This document shows, piece after piece, positions 24,870 to 38,929 of a stretch of DNA of 64,000 bases. The notes below the pieces were generated by a model. That model was not told the origin of the DNA, searched no databases, and saw only the letters and a list, made by a program, of their open reading frames with translations. The stretch's first letter is position 1; each line of letters begins with the position of its first letter. The DNA comes from Vicugna vicugna. Taxonomy: Eukaryota. Both the position numbers and the translations under genes were made by a program. Where the stretch lies: contig MU058844.1 in the NCBI GenBank assembly GCA_013265495.1, positions 6,509,260 through 6,573,259 of the forward strand, read 5' to 3'.

Positions 24870-27800
24870 CCCAGAAATTTCTGGTCGGACAGTGTGCTCA
24901 TCTTTACCTCTGAAAATAACCAAAATCGGTCATTAACATTTTTTTTAATGTTTCAAGTGAGCTATTAAGAAAGCAAAAAAGTCTCAGTCTAAAATCTAAA
25001 TAGATACGGTAGGCAAAGAAAAGTAAGCAGAACAGTAAAGCCAGTTTGCTGTGTTAGAAGACTTGCTAAATGTGATGAAAATGAAGATCAATATAACCTC
25101 ACAGTTTGAGGAGACAAAACTTAAAATTCACCAATAGTAGGCAAGTGTAACAAACGATTCTACATAAACTTGGACCCCAATCAGCTATACCTAACCAGAA
25201 GACAGGAAATTAAACTGCCTATCTCAAATCTCAGTATTCAGTAAGAGGAGAAAAAAAATCCTCCCTCTAAAATAATAAACACAAGCTGACTCTCTCATAG
25301 GTTTGTAACTCAAAGTTACTCTCATGGTGATGAGGAAACTTCCACTACAAATGTAGCACAAGTGTTCTAGATTGTTTGTGTCCCTCGGCATCTGAAAAAT
25401 TTCTAAATAATAAACTTTAATCTCATAATTAGGAATAATCACAAAGCTTAAGTTCCAAGGGAAAGACGGGTGACCAAAAAAATCACAAGAGATACACAAA
25501 GAAATAATACATCACAAGTAAGAGCAGAAATAACAAATTCCAGAAAAACCAGACCCACATGAAAATTAAGATTCATTGAAATTAAAAAGTCAGTGACCAG
25601 GATTAACAGCAAGTTAGAATTTGTCAACTGGAATATAGATACATAGAAATTATCTAGAGGCAGCAGAGAGAGAGAGAAAGAATATAGGAAATAATGAGGC
25701 AAGAGTCAGAAGATGTAATATATATCTAGTGTATGTACATTTAGAAGGAGAGAACAAAATGAGGAAGAAAAAACTTTTGAAGAGGTAATGTTGACAAATA
25801 GATAAAATTTAAAAGTGTAAATTATATATTCAATAATTGCATCAAACCCCAAGCGGGATGAATTAAAAAGAAATCCATGCCTAGACACATCAGAGTAAAA
25901 ATTCATAACAATGAACAGCAATGACAAGAAAAAATCCTTAAAAGAGACACAGATAATGCCCTCAAAGTTTCATGTAGTTAACAGACAACTGACTTCTGAA
26001 TAGCAACAGTGAAAGTAAAAAAGTAGTGGAATGATATTTACAAATTGCTGAAAGAGAATAAACTTTAATTTAGAATTCTATATACACCCAGTTAAATTAT
26101 GATTCAACTATGAATGTTAAGTAAAGGCATTTCCAGAAAAACTAAATCTGGTAGAGTTTTCCATCAACTAGTTCTTGTACTTGAGGAAACTTTAAAGGAT
26201 CTATATCAGGAAGAAGAAAAATGATCCAAGATCTTAAATGAAAAATAATAAAGGGCATAAAAGAAATAAATATGGGAAAACATGGTCAAACTTTGTATAA
26301 AACAACCATAATGTAGTCCTTGAAGTTAAATAAAAATACATTTAAAATCCTGAACAACAAACACATATAAGTCAGGCAAGTTGAGGTAAAGATACCAATT
26401 AATGAGATAAACTGAGTGTATTTTAAAATTTCTGTGGTGACCTCTTAATTAATAAAGTATATAACTACCAAAGGAATTGAGAAGAAAAGACAAAACGAGA
26501 GGGAACATACCAAACAACTCAAAAGAAGACAAGACAGGAGAAGGGGGAAAAACGGAAAATGTAGCGTAGGCTTCCTGTTTACAGTAATGATGGATAAGGC
26601 AATGAGAAACATTCTTTTGTTAATAACTAAAAAAAAAAAATGACAAAATATAAACATACCTGCTGAAGGCATTTAAGAACTAAACTGGTATCACAGAATA
26701 AGCGGATTAATTTCCAGAAGAAATGAGGTGAGCACATCATTCAGGGTATCTATTAATTCTGAGAAAGGAAAGCCTGCAGCACTAGAGGGTCAAAATCCGG
26801 GCTGCAGCGCTCTCTTCAGAGAAGGAGGACCAACGAATCTCTACCTTACTGTCAGTTGGGACCTCCTCATGCTACACATGAATCCAAATACAGAATGGCT
26901 CCCCAGGTACTGAAGTCCAGCTTTAAATAAATGAATTATGAATATATATGAATTTAGCTGCAAAGAGATTGCTAATGCTTGTAGCTTTAAACAGTAAAGA
27001 CCTCAAGAGGAAAATAACAACAAAATAGCCTCAAATTTATTCTACAGCTTTGTTTTTCTTCGTATTTTCTGACTGTAGAAATAACAAAAAACTAAGCAAG
27101 GAGATAATCATGTCAATAGAAATCAAGAAAAACCACACACAACAGACACTATCCATGGGAATCCAGACAATGGAGTTATCACACACATGCTAACAAAACT
27201 TTGGTGAACACATTAAGGAAAATTAAAATTAAAAACTTACATATTAGATACTATAAAAATGTGAACTGGATGCTTAATAAAAGAAGCACATAGAAATTCT
27301 AAACCTGAAAATCTAGAACTACAAACAAGATTTTCTTGGATGGACTCACATTAGACATAGCTGAAAAGAGAATTAGTGAACTGTAATTTGAGTGACAAGG
27401 TAACATCCAGAATGACCTACAGAGATGCAAAAGAATTGTAAAGAATTATACAAGGATAATTATAAGCATATCAGAGGATTATAGAATATAGAGGGAATCT
27501 ATATATATTTATATGTATCTCTGTATAAAGAAATGATAGCTCAGAATTTTTCAACACTGAAGAAGGACACCACGCCACTGATTTAAGAGGCACAATGGAT
27601 GCAAATAGGGTGAATATTAAGGTAACCACAATAGGAATATCAGAGTAAACTGATGAAAACAATGGACAAAAAAAAATCTTAAAAGGGGAAAAAGAAAATT
27701 ATCTTCCAAGGATCAATGATTAGGTTGATGCACATCAACCCAGGCAAGGAAGGCTACAATAAATTAAAAATACATTCACAGTGCAGGAAATGCATGTCAA

Positions 27801-29170
27801 ATGGCAAGTCTTTATCCCAAAATATATACACACATGTGTATATATGTGTGTGTGTATGCAAATTCTCCTGGTGAAAGAATACCATACACGAAAAGCAGAA
27901 TAAAGATCAATGGAAAGGTTTAAAAAGTGGGTGAATACAAATGATATTGACTTTATAAAATAATAATGTCTTAAGGCATTCAGAACATACACATGCATGA
28001 AGTTGAAGTTTTCTAAGACCCTCCCGTTGCCTTGAAAAACAGAGGAAAGTGCCAAATAAATTCAGATTTGGTAAATCAAGAAGGCATGATCACTACCTGT
28101 AGTAAACCAAAAGAAGAGTAAAATAATATATAAATAGTAATAGAGTAGAAAAGAAAAATGGAATAGTCTCAAATCTCAACCAAACCAAAAGGCATGAAAA
28201 GAGAAAAAAAACAGAAAGGACAAACAAATAGAAATAAATTGTAAGACAGTAGATTTAAACTCAAGTATATCAGTAATTGCACTTCATTACCGATTACACT
28301 TAATTATTAGGGACTAAAATTTACAAATCAAAGCTAAAATTTGTCCGGCAGCCTAAATAAAACAATAACAAAAACAACAAATTTTTATGTTACATTAAAA
28401 ATGCCAAAAATGGAACTTGCAGAAATAATGTTAAGTAAAAGGATAGAAAAAGATGGATTATGTAAACACCAAACCAGAAATTCTCAATGTGTAGGCCAGA
28501 GCCTTCCTCCAGGGACATTTTTAAAGGTTCCATGGAGTCAAAACTATTTTCATAATAATTCTGAGAGGTTATTTGCCTTTTTCACTCCCATTTGCTCAGG
28601 AACACATAGTGCAGTTTTCCAGAGGCTACATGAGGTGTGATATTGTAGCAAATTGAATACAGAAGGATATAGGGAAATCCAGCTGTCTTGTGTTAAGCTA
28701 GACATTAAAGAGATTTGCAAATATGTGTAACAATGACCCTCCTCTCACTGTATCTTTTTGTTTAAAAAATAGTTATTATTTCTAAAACTGCTGTGGATGC
28801 AAAGGCTCTATTATCCTAAACTTGGAATGAATGAATGAATGAATAAATCCCCCAAAATTCTCAGTTTTTTCCCAATTTAGTAAATATTGATAGACATAAT
28901 CCACATAGATGAAAGCTGTCTGAGGGAGACCCTCAAGGATTTTTAAGTGTTAAAAGGGTCCTGAGTCCAAAAGAAAGTTGATTTGGTTATGTCAGACACA
29001 AAAGAATAAGGCAGAAAGCTTTAACACAGATGAAAAAGGATATCTAAAAATGATAAAATTGGTCAATTCAACAGAAACAGTTGTCAATTTATGTACACCA
29101 AATGGCATAGGCTCAAAAATATTTACAGCAGAAAAGGAACAACTGTAATAATGAAAGTCTACAATCTACA
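24870..29170 (+). mobile_element. Cluster of old L1M 5'/ORF1/ORF2-start relics (at least two elements)
   Basis: Two ORF1-like tracts (25560-26200 and 27300-27780), e.g. aaatccatgcctagacacatcagagtaaaa; endonuclease-region relic at 28250-29170. Confidence 0.7.
28475..28972. mobile_element. Non-autonomous hAT-Charlie DNA transposon (MER119-like) inserted in an L1 relic
   Basis: gtcaaaactatttttcataataat...ttttccagaggctacatga...ccagctgtcttgtgttaagctagacattaaagagatttgcaaa. Confidence 0.6.
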
Positions 29171-29239
29171 ATCATGCTAGTCCCATGTACAACTTTTTCT
29201 CCATGACTGGCTAATGTGACCAGTGCCCCACTGGATCAG

Positions 29240-29470
29240 CAGGCAGTATGGCCTGGTGAAAAATGAACAGGCTCCAAGGCAGGCAGTCCTGAATCTCAAT
29301 AACATGTGCCTGCTCAAAAAACAGGTATGTGAATATAAGCAAGTTACTTAAATTCTCTGATCCTTTGTTCCTTTATTTGTGGAGTGGGGGTGATTTCACA
29401 TTATTGAGAGGACTAAAAATAGTATTTTAAAGTAGCATGCACATGTCGGGTACTAAAATTGATAGTTATT
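29240..29470 (+). mobile_element. MIR SINE
   Basis: gcaagttacttaaattctctga...ttattgagaggactaaa. Confidence 0.65.
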
Positions 29471-30573
29471 ATTGTTTCCTAACAATTATCCTCAAATAAA
29501 AGCAGGGAGTTAAAAAACTGTAACTGTAGTGACCAAATAAGACTTCAAAGAGATACGTGAGAGCTAAACCTTGAAGAAGGAATAGGATATTAATAATACA
29601 CACTCAGAAAAGTCTATACACAATTGATTCAACAGTCATTTGATCCAGGCAATGCATTGAATCAAAAGGGGGAATCTGGATGTGAAGGAAGTTAGAATAA
29701 ATTGCCCCCTTTCACTTTTAATCTTAGAAATTCTCTGCTGTCAAATGAAGGATGAGAACTGAACAAAACAGACTTAGAACAAGCTTGATATTAGGGTATC
29801 TTTACTTCCTCAACACCTCTAAGAAAATGAATCTCTCTCAGGCAAAATTTCTGATATATCTTCTACTCCCCATCCAAAACAAAACAAGTTAACAGCCACA
29901 AACATATTCATGAGTCTCCTTCAAAGGACTTACATGCAATAAATAAAATCATAAAGGACTGCTTAAATATTTTTGAGTTTACTGCTTCAATATATTCTTT
30001 ATTAGATCTTTAAAATTTTTCTAGGTCTCACAAAATAAAATTGAAGCCAAGTATGCTTATCCCTCAAAGGGCATTGCCCATGGCAAAATTAGCATTTGGC
30101 TATACTTGCCTCAAATATCTATTTCAAAGAATTCTTCCCTCAGAAATGAGCCAGTGGTCTAATAAAACATTCCTGCCACAGGGGGAAAAAAAACTCCTGT
30201 AAGGAACAGCAAAGCTAAAGATGTTCAATTAGGCTGGAGGTTTTCACTAAATAAGTGTTTGGTGAAGCTCTACCTCCTTCAGCTGTTCAGTGATTGCTAT
30301 GTTTGACCGTTACATACAATTATGTTGAGTTATGTTTGAGATTTTCAATTTCAATGCAAAAGTCCTTCAGGATCATGCACGTTGTGTGGAAACAAGAATA
30401 CTGAACAGGGATCAGGAAACCTGGATTCTAGCCCCATCTCTGCCAAGAGTTAGATGAAAACTATGTGAGTCTGTTTTTCCATCTGTAAACTAAGACGCCT
30501 AGCCTGGCAGACCTGCCAAATCCCTTTCAGCTTTGTACCAGGCATTGTTGCATTTCAAAACTAAAGAGTAAGC

Positions 30574-30589
30574 TAGCACCATCTAGTGG
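30574..30589 (-). promoter_or_regulatory. CTCF-like motif
   Basis: Minus strand CCACTAGATGGTGCTA versus the CTCF core (one C>T). Confidence 0.45.
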
Positions 30590-31139
30590 AATCCAAAGAA
30601 TTCACTAAGTATATAATGAAAAATATTTCCACAAGCAAAATATCCATAGCTTTATTTTAACTTCATTATTTTTTTCTAATGCTCCAATGACAACATTTTG
30701 TAGCAAGAATTAATCCAGGCACATTTTCCCTATGAGCCATGACACAGTAATCAAGTCTATGTGAAAATGTTGAATTATTTCAATATCTTTTATACTAGTG
30801 TCACTTTTCCATAAAGCAGAATTATCTGAAAATTAAAACAGCAGGAAAAAAAAAACCCTCCTAGTATCTCCATCTATTTACAATGATATATTCTAGGAAT
30901 GTGTTACCTGAAAATTTATAAATTAACAATTTATGTAAATTGCTGACAAAGAAACCATGTTTCCAGATTAAAGTTTTCCTAAAATAGCAGAGACAGAAGG
31001 TTTATGAGTAAGGAAACAAAAATAATTATTTGCTCTTATACATTAACATCATACTTATTTTCATTTTTACCCAATAAACAATAAAGGAAATACAGGGATT
31101 TACTCCTATTCTCTTTCTCTCTCTATAAATACCTATCAC

Positions 31140-31630
31140 TAGGATAATTTCAGTGAAAGTCAGGACGGTCATTTATTTCATTTATTGCTGCATCCAAGGC
31201 AATATTCCACTGCTGTGTTCTAGTGCCTGGAAAAGTACTTACATATAGTCGGTGCTCAGTACATTTGCCCACTAAAATTTATTAATGAATAAACCTTAAA
31301 AAATCATTTTTTTCCAGCATAAAGAGTTGTAAAATGGTATAACAAAATGGTAGTAATCTTAAATATTAAAAGTGTATTTATGAGAGACAGAGTAGAATGA
31401 CACAATTAAAAAATTAGGTACTAGGGTAGACTTCTGAGTTTCATATCCTGGTTCTATCATTTACTAACTGTATGATTTTAGACATAAACTTTCTGTGTTT
31501 ATGTTTTCTCATGTGGAAAAAAAGATTTAATAGTAACTAACTCATAATACTCACGTGAAAAACAAATGAGCAAATATGTATAAAGCACATAAAACAAATA
31601 CCTGGTGGTAAAAAAGTTATCTATTACTAC
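31140..31630 (+). mobile_element. L2 3' end (31140-31292) followed by a MIR (31385-31630)
   Basis: ctagtgcctgg...atagtcggtgctcagtacatttg...aatgaataaa; atcctggttctatcatttactaactgtatga. Confidence 0.65.
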
Positions 31631-33699
31631 TTATATTATACTAAGTTGTATTTTTTCTGTAACTAAAATTTATAAAACACTTTGGTCATAAAGCATGAAT
31701 TTGAAAAATTAATTTAGTTTCAAAATGTTCCTGCTAGAAAGACAATAAAATCCAACATATTTTGGGAGAAACAAAGAAACTAGATAATAAATTATGAATC
31801 ACCTATTTTTCTTTTGCTTTGGCTATTCATTAAAATACGAAATCAAAATATGAAAGGTTTCCCAAAGACCAGTTTTACAAACGTCAACGACCACTGTGGC
31901 AATATTCATTCAAGAAATGTTTTTTCTACATTACTTGTAGAGAACAAAATGTCTTATCAATTTTGCCTAAAATTTACTTATAGGAAATTTCAGGCAAAAA
32001 AGAAGCATGAAATATAATGATGATAACAAACACTAAAATTTAAACTGCAATCTACCCAAATTAAACTGAGTTACAAAAGACAAAGATTCATGTAACTTCA
32101 AGGGAAAAAAACAAAACATTTAAAATTTAAAAGTATAATAAAATCTCTTTTCTGATAAAATATAACCATCTTTAAAATCATCAACCTAAAGTGAACTTAA
32201 TGAACTTAAATTATTTTGTGCATTCAAAATATGCAAGTATAACTCCAGATCAAGTGAAAAACACTCTATAATGAAAAACTTGCTACCCAAATAGAACCAA
32301 TTATAGAAAATAATATAAAAACATACCAAGTATTATTTAAATTACCACAAAATTTGTATGATCATATTTAACCAATAAAATAATTATTTTTGCTACATTT
32401 GACCAGAAAATAATCTGTACCTCAATATGTAATATATCTTAAAGATATCATTTTGAATTACATTTTAATTTTATATTTCAGTTATGATTATTTAGTAATA
32501 ATTTTTAAAAATCTCTTTCCATAGTCACAGCACACAATATGTTCAAACTTTAAAGCTTTAAATATATTATTAACTTCATAACTTTCAATTTATAGAATTA
32601 AATTTTAAACTATTACTCTAAAATAGTGTATTTCACATTGTGTTTCTATTTCTACAATTGTTTAATTACATTGGAAAACATTCAGTAAAAATGATTTCAA
32701 ATGAATTCTCTTAAAGAGAGTGAAAGAGTTGCTATTTTCATTCATTTAAATGCAAAGAAAGTCAAATAATAAAAATATGCATTAATGTTTTCTGATAAAG
32801 AGTAATCAGAACTAACATTACATATTAACTACTGCAGTAACTACAGCTTAGTAAGAATTAGGAACAAGTTAAACTTGAAACTACAAATGCAGAACACACA
32901 GTATTGCTTCCAATTTTATTTCACCTCCTTAAGAAATATTATAGTGTGGAATAGTGACTTACTAACTTACAAACACAAATCTATCTTTGTGCCCCTTCAT
33001 AAGAGTTCTTAGAATCAATATATCATTGAAAGACAAAATCTATGCTTTTCAGTTAGCTCAACCAGAATCTCCATAAGCAGTTCCTGAAGATGAAAAACAG
33101 ACTCCAACTGGTCTTCAGAAAATCTACTTTCTCATGTATACTCTTCTCACACTCAATAAATACAGTGTTTTCATTGTACCCAACAGACAGCAAAGATGTC
33201 TTTTACCTTGTTTGCTCTGTACTACAAAGATACCCCAGATACATCAATTAATACTATGGCAGTTTTCACATAAATCTTGCAGATATCCTATCCCAGGAAA
33301 TCCACTGGCTACAAAAAATCCCATACAGCACTGCTGGCAATGAAAATGAAGTGAATGGGAGTTTAAGCATTTCTTCTCACAAGAAGCCTTTTTCTTTTTT
33401 TTAAGCTTGCTTCAGTGTGTGCCAATATAGTAACATACATTATCAGTGCACTAGCTTTCATTCCAACAACAACAAATTTATTTCTGCATGTATTTTAAAT
33501 TAAAATTTTAAAATAAAAAATTTGTATCAAAAGTCATCAGTTTGGGACACTCCCACATGCAGCACAGGCACACAAGCAAATCAGCATATTAAAGAACATT
33601 ATAGATTATATTTTTAAATTGTGCCTTGAAGTGTTTGTAAAACAAAAGGTTGTTTTGTAAAAACAACCAAACTTTTCTCGTAATAAAAAAAAAAAAGAG

Positions 33700-34103
33700 A
33701 TGATGGTGACTGCTTAGATCCAACTCTCCCCAAACCTCCTCCAGAAATTCATAAAAAGCAACTATGAAATCAAAATACCCACAACCTATCCTTCCATTGC
33801 AAATGAGAGATAAAGAAATTACAAGCTAAATTTTTTTCTAAATGGAGTAACAAGTATCTGGGACCAATACAATCCAGGCTGAATTTACACTTTTACAGAG
33901 GAAATCCTAAAGAATCTGAATGGATAAGTAAGAAGTGAAGGTGCCTCAGTGGAGGAGCCCATGTGTTATCAACAAGGCCTCCCTTCAGAAAGAGAGAGCA
34001 TGGTCCAGAATGGGATGACAGTACTAAGACCAAGTATATGAATTAAACTGATAAATGAAAATGGCCAAGGTCTATACAAGAGAAAAATCTTTTAAGCTTG
34101 GAC

Positions 34104-34148
<45 letters not shown>

Positions 34149-36955
34149 CATACAAATACATACCTAAAACAAAGTGATTCAGAAAGGTTAAAAATGATTT
34201 TTTTGGATGGCCAAGTAGGCAGATATAAACAAAAAGAAATTATATCAAAGTAAAATTTAGTCATAAAAGCATTAAAGAGACAAAGAAGGGAACTTATAAT
34301 TTTCAAGGCTAAAATTCACAATAAAATTAACACTGTTAAGAATATCCAACACGGAACAATATTCATAAAGCAGAAACCAAAGGACATACATAAAGAAATA
34401 GGCTGATTAATAACAGACACATTTAAAGTAGCTCAACTCTTTCTTTCAGTCCAAGGTAAATCAAGTAGACAGAGGACACCTAAAGCAAATGATCACGAAG
34501 GTAGATTTTTAGAGGTGAAAACATAAACTCAGTATATATTCCAACAAAAAAATGACCTTCTTTTCAAGTACACATGAAATTTTCATGAAAACTAGCCATG
34601 TATTAGGAAAACCAGGAGTTTCAAAAAGCATAAATGACACAAAAATTATTCTCCAACTATCATGAAATAAAACTAGGAAAAATAACAATAAAAATAGTTT
34701 TTCCATATGGAAATCTGAAATCCTGGTTAAAAGATAAAATATATCATAAAATTGTAGAACTGATGAAAAGACCTACATATCAGAAGTTACAGAATTGGCA
34801 GCATTCAGAGAAAAAGACTGAAAAAGGATTAAAAAACTGAATTAAAAAAATATACTCAAAAACAGAAATGAACAACATAATAAACAGAAGAAAAGCAAAA
34901 GGAACTGGCATTAACATGTATTAATGGTAGAAGTGCAAAATGGTATAACTCATATAAAGTGCATCTGGCACTATCTTCCTAAATTAAAGACATCTTTTGC
35001 CCCTGAAATATATATGTATCAGGAAACTAACCTAAAGATATACCTGATAAAGTATGAAATGATGTAGGTATCAGGCTAGTCATTATGGTAATGTGGAACA
35101 CTGTAAACCATCCACCGTCCATCAACCAGGGACCAGTGGAATAAATTCTGGTCCATCCACAAAATCGAGTACTATAAAGCCATGGAAAAAGAATGCTATG
35201 AACTCCATATATGTTATTACATGAAAAAAAGCAAGATAAAGAAGAGTACTTCAAATATTCTGTATTTTGTGAAAGGAAGTATTAGCATATATACATATAC
35301 TTCTTAGATATGGTCTATGTATGTATACTTACATACACATATATTATTGTACACATATATACATAAATATCTATATACAAAAGCAGGTGGTAGAACAGGG
35401 TGAAAAGAACAGGGATGAAAGCACAGTCTCTTTGAGTATGCCTTTTTTAATGCAGTTTAACTGTGGAAACATACATGCTTTACATATCAAAAATAAAATT
35501 GAATCAAATGGGAAAAGTAAACTAATTATATTTCAAGTTCATAACATAATCACAAAGATAAAGTAATTCAGATGATCACATGGGGGGGGGGACAAAGTGC
35601 AAGGACCAAAAGAAATGCAAAAAAATCTCAAAATTATTTTAGTAGTTTTCTTCTAAATACTTCTAAATGCTTTTCTAATATTGGCATTTTTGTTTTGAAA
35701 CTATTTTATGGATATTATAATAGATAGCAAATAGTTATGTTAATGTTGATATCAATCAAGAAAGAGAAAGGGAATGCAACTATAATGTTCAAAAAGTAAA
35801 TCTGAATTGGAGATATAAATGTTTGATATGTTCAATCAAAATCACAGGACAGGACAATTTGAGTATCAAAAGTATAGTAAGACAAGTTACTGATATAAGA
35901 ATAAGTATTCATAAGAATTCTGAGAAAGAGAGAATAGTAGGGAGAGAGAAAACAAGTGCAAAAACAAAGTAAAAAAATCATATGGCACCACTGAAAGTAA
36001 TGAGGGCCACTAAGATCTTACTGTAAAAATCTGTCAATACAAAGGTAGGCATCTATTCCTGTATTTTTCTCTACAAACTATTTCAAGATAACCCACCAGC
36101 TCTTATTAAACCAGTGTTTAAAAGGTGGAAGGCATGTTCAGATTAGAAAACGCATTTTTCGTATCCCCAGTTGCGACTACTGATTCAGGCCACATTGATC
36201 AAAGTACGAAAGCATCAGATAAAAGTTTGCTGGAGAACTTTATAATGGAGGATTTAGGCTATCACTAGCTATATCCAATACTCAATTGTAGCATCATCAA
36301 AAGCAAATAAACACTATATGACTCCTGATGTAAGGCAATATGAAGCACAGAGCGCCACCTACGAAAAATTCCTGCTCAAAAGGCTGAATTTGAACTTAAT
36401 CAAGCCCGTTGAGCTAACTTTAATTTATAAGAAATGAAATATTTACAGGCTTAGTGAAACAACTTTAGTATACTAAAGGGAAGTAAATGGACAAACAGAA
36501 TGTGGGACACTGTATTGGAGAATTAATGTAGATTTTGCAACAAATCAATGGCGTGGAGGAAAAAAATGGGAGGACTATTACAGATTAGAGTCTTCAGAGA
36601 CCTAACGTACATGTAATATGTGGTCATTGTGTCATGATTCAAAAAAACCCATATAATTTTGAAAAAATAAGGATATTTAGATTATGAATTATCTGTTGAT
36701 TAAAGAAAACACTATTATTTTCATTAGGCATCACAATGCATTGTAGTTAAATAAAAAAAGACCATATTATTAAAAAACATCTCCTGAGGTATGAAAGGAT
36801 AAAATATTATGATTTGGGGATTTGCTTTAAAAAAGAAAAAAAATTAAATCAAAACTAAAAATAGTCATGATGGATCAAATGTTGAATACAGTTATATGGA
36901 ATCTCCATGTATTCATTTTTTGTAAATATTTAAAATTTTCAACAATAAAAAAAAA
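33700..36955 (+). mobile_element. Old L1 relic (5' region, ORF2 fragments, long L1MC4/5-like 3' UTR), antisense to LRRIQ1
   Basis: Endonuclease relic acctaaaacaaagtgattcagaaaggttaaaaat; agagacaaagaagggaacttataat; 3' end aaatatttaaaattttcaacaataaaaaaaaa. Confidence 0.7.
34105..34146. repeat. A42 homopolymer
   Basis: Counted directly. Confidence 0.95.
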
Positions 36956-37339
36956 TGAAAGAAGAGACAAAATATAAGCAAAAAAAGAAACTAATATCAA
37001 GAAGGCCTACGTACAATCAGGCCTAAATACAGGAAGTCGGCTTACTTCTACTCCTCCATCTGCTCCTCTCCCACTCCCTGATATTTCAGTCCAGATCACA
37101 TTTCCTAATCACTATAGGATGGAGAAGGTGGAAAGGAGGTACCTTTGGGGGAATCCAACAATTTTAGCCATTAGTAGTACACCAGAGTAGTTCTTATCTA
37201 GTTCATAATTTTTTGGCAACCCTTGATGATTCACTAACCATTATTTAAGCCCCTATGAAGTCCCTTGAAAACTCTCACAAGTTAAATATTTTAAGAATAT
37301 TAAGCCAGGTAATGAAAAAAATGAGATTTTTATTTTAGA

Positions 37340-37800
37340 ATTCCCACACTGGAAACGTATAGATATGAGTTGAAGCTGAATTTCGGTGGGTAGAAGAGAC
37401 ACATTGGGTAGTAAGAAGTGAGAACAAGAACAGAACACTTTCACAACACTTGACAACAAGGGGTAAGAGAGATGAGGCAATGAAAGGAATGAATGGCCAT
37501 GGGAAGACTCTGACACGAGGCAGGTTATAAGTGACAGAAGAAGGCACCAGAGAAGAATGACAGGTGTATTTACAGAAAACAGAAAGGCTGGCCTTACACA
37601 AGAAAAGACATTCCTGTCACTGAATTACATGGATTATAAAGAATAAGAGTGGGAACAGATATAGATATTCAGGTATATAGATGCACAGACAGAGAGTAGT
37701 GATGGAAGGGTTTACCAGGAAAGGGTTATGACAGGTGCTGAGAAGTGCAGAAAGCATAGGATCCTTAAAAATATGATGGACCTGAACTGAGGTGTTATAT
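37340..37800 (-). mobile_element. L2 fragment
   Basis: Purine-rich tract resembling the L2 reverse strand (tgggtagtaagaagtgagaacaagaacagaacactttcacaacacttgac). Confidence 0.5.
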
Positions 37801-38095
37801 TCCCCAGTAGAGCTCAGATCACTAGTGCTTATAAGGAAAGAAATGGGGAGGTGAATATAGTAATCTGAGGCGCTACGAACAACCACCCCATTTGCCAGTG
37901 GTGGGAGAATATTCCTTGTGTATACATTAAAGCTAATTTTATTTCCTTCATAAATCTGGATAAAAGATTAAATAAGTATGGCTTGAATGAAATAAGCAAA
38001 TTAGTGATGGTGGCCTATTCTTCAAAAGGAATAAATGAAACAAAATATAACCATGAGAAATAAATGTCTATATATTCAAATTTCATTGTTCTCAC

Positions 38096-38246
38096 CTATT
38101 CGAGTGATTTTATTATGTGAAAGTTCAAGATTTTGGATATTAGTGCAGCCATCCAAACCATGAAAAGAAGTCAGTTGATTTTTATTAAGAAGAACAACAC
38201 TGAGATTTTCCAAATTTTCACAGTCGATAGTCTCAATGTGGTTTTC
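38096..38246 (-). CDS. LRRIQ1: LRRIQ1 coding exon 9 (151 nt, ENHIETIDCENLENLSVVLLNKNQLTSFHGLDGCTNIQNLELSHNKITRI), LRR
   Basis: ttgttttag|GAA ... ATAG|gtgaga; phase 0 to 1. Confidence 0.95.
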
Positions 38247-38929
38247 CTAAAACAAAGAACAAATGTAATTAGTTTTATTTCAAGGGCTTATTATTGAAAT
38301 GTCTAAAGCTTGCAAAAAGAGGAAAGATGAGATATATGATCTTCAAATGAATATCTGAATCCCTGACTTTTAAGATAACTATGCAGAATCTTATATTATC
38401 TAGATGAAAATATTAAGTAACCAAACAAATAATTAACTGATTTTGTATTTATTAATAATCTTTTAAAATATAGGAAATATAGAGTCTTATATGACAAAAT
38501 ATTTCAAACAATTTAAATGAACAAGAGTAAACATTTGGTCATAGTTGCTATAAAACTTTTTTTTTTTTTAAAGAAGTCAAGCAATGAAAAAGTCAAAATC
38601 TCCCCATTCCCCCTCCTCGGTCCCTTTTGCTTTCTTCCGCTATAGAATTGAATTAGGCATGTATCTCATATATAGATTTACACATTTATTAAACATACCC
38701 AATTCTGTAATACATAATGTTGGTCTTGACATCAAGATATGTTAAGAATGCAACAGCAATTCTCTTTTTCAATACTTCAGAAAGATAAATGGGCCTTTAA
38801 GAATCTTAAGGGTATAGTCTCACAGCATCCCTCTCAAAATACCTATGAATATAGCCTTTGTCTAATGGAGTAAACTTACTAACAAGCATAGGAAACCCAC
38901 AAAGTTTGAAAAGAAAATCATATTGGTGA

